A stretch of 64,000 nt of DNA, from assembly GCF_009914755.1 (NCBI RefSeq), contig NC_060944.1. One strand, 5' to 3'. The stretch is from the human T2T-CHM13v2.0 reference genome, Homo sapiens. The notes under the pieces were generated by a model. The model did no database searches. It had not been told where the DNA came from and worked only from the letters and a program-made list of their open reading frames with translations. Both the position numbers and the translations under genes were made by a program. The first letter of the stretch is position 1, and every line of letters starts with the position of its first letter. Of the stretch, positions 1-64,000 are shown in pieces.

Positions 1-311
1 GGAAGAACAAACTATTTCCCCTTAACACCATACATAGCATCTATTGAATGAAAACACACAAGCCCCTGCCCAAATTATATGAGTGAGGCAGCCAAACTGC
101 TATGATTGTCTATGATCTTCAATTTTCTACAACATGACCACAGTTACTAAGCTACTCGAATTTTCAGTCCAAGGCCTATGACCTTTGGTGAGGGTAGGCA
201 GGTCTGTTTCAGAAGCTGTAAAAATATGAAGCACTCTCTCCCCTAAAACCCAACCCCCCGTCGTGTGTGAACTAGTTTATCCAAAATGCCACAAGATCCT
301 ACATACTGTAC

Positions 312-63384
<63,073 letters not shown>

Positions 63385-63904
63385 TTACAGATCCTGGGAA
63401 AAATGAAGTGAATTCTTAGGTCCTAGACCAGCAGTCCAGTGAGGAGATGCTGGGTGCACTCTTTGGTCTGTGCCTTCAGCAGAGGGCTCTGCAGTGGCAG
63501 CAGGAGAGAATGCGGGTGCTCCACTCTCCTGGGAAGTCTCACCAAGTAGAGAGAGGATCTGAGATACCAAGTCCTAAGCTGACTCACCCAAGTAAAGAAA
63601 CCTTCCCAGACAAGAAGGACTTTCATACCTCTTGACATCACAAAGACTGTAAGATAATCCAAGCCACATTTTGATTTTAAAATTTCTCCAAAAGTTTCAT
63701 AGTAAAAAAAAATCCTCCCAACATTTTCTCTAACTAGTTTGGTTAACTGTTAATTTGTCTACAGAGAGTTTTAATCTCATTGCAGCACTTTCACTGATTC
63801 AACTAAGTAACACATTTCCCTGTCCCCAAGTAGAAAGTGTGGGCCAGACTTTGAACAAATAAAGGGCAGCAAACTGGTGAGTGATATCCATCTTCTGCCC
63901 GGCA

Positions 63905-64000
63905 GAGTACATGCTGTGAGGCAGCTTGTTGGCAGAAGTTAAGTTCAAACCTTGGCTCTTGGTCCTTAGTAGCTATACCACTTAGGCAAATTCATCAAGC
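63905..64000 (+). mobile_element. MIR fragment at the window edge
   Basis: gttcaaaccttggctct...ttagtagctataccacttaggcaaatt. Confidence 0.5.

Overview
Primate, almost certainly human, genomic DNA lying inside the CHD6 chromatin-remodeller gene on the minus strand. I traced 16 consecutive coding exons (63320 down to 312). All have GT-AG boundaries and compatible phases, and they join into one 3870-nt open frame covering the SNF2 helicase C-lobe, the SANT/SLIDE-like region and the large low-complexity exon. The gene continues beyond both window edges. The introns hold many Alus, old L1s, MIRs, DNA-transposon fossils and a full-length two-LTR THE1A element. The most notable non-obvious feature is in the intron between the exons at 37064-37228 and 53123-53318: a degraded, intronless retrocopy of a Ly6/uPAR-family gene. 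It resembles rodent Ly6a/Sca-1-subfamily proteins, a group with no true human Ly6a orthologue. It sits inside an old L1 and was later split in two by the THE1A. Comparisons to named proteins and repeat subfamilies are from memory, not from database searches.
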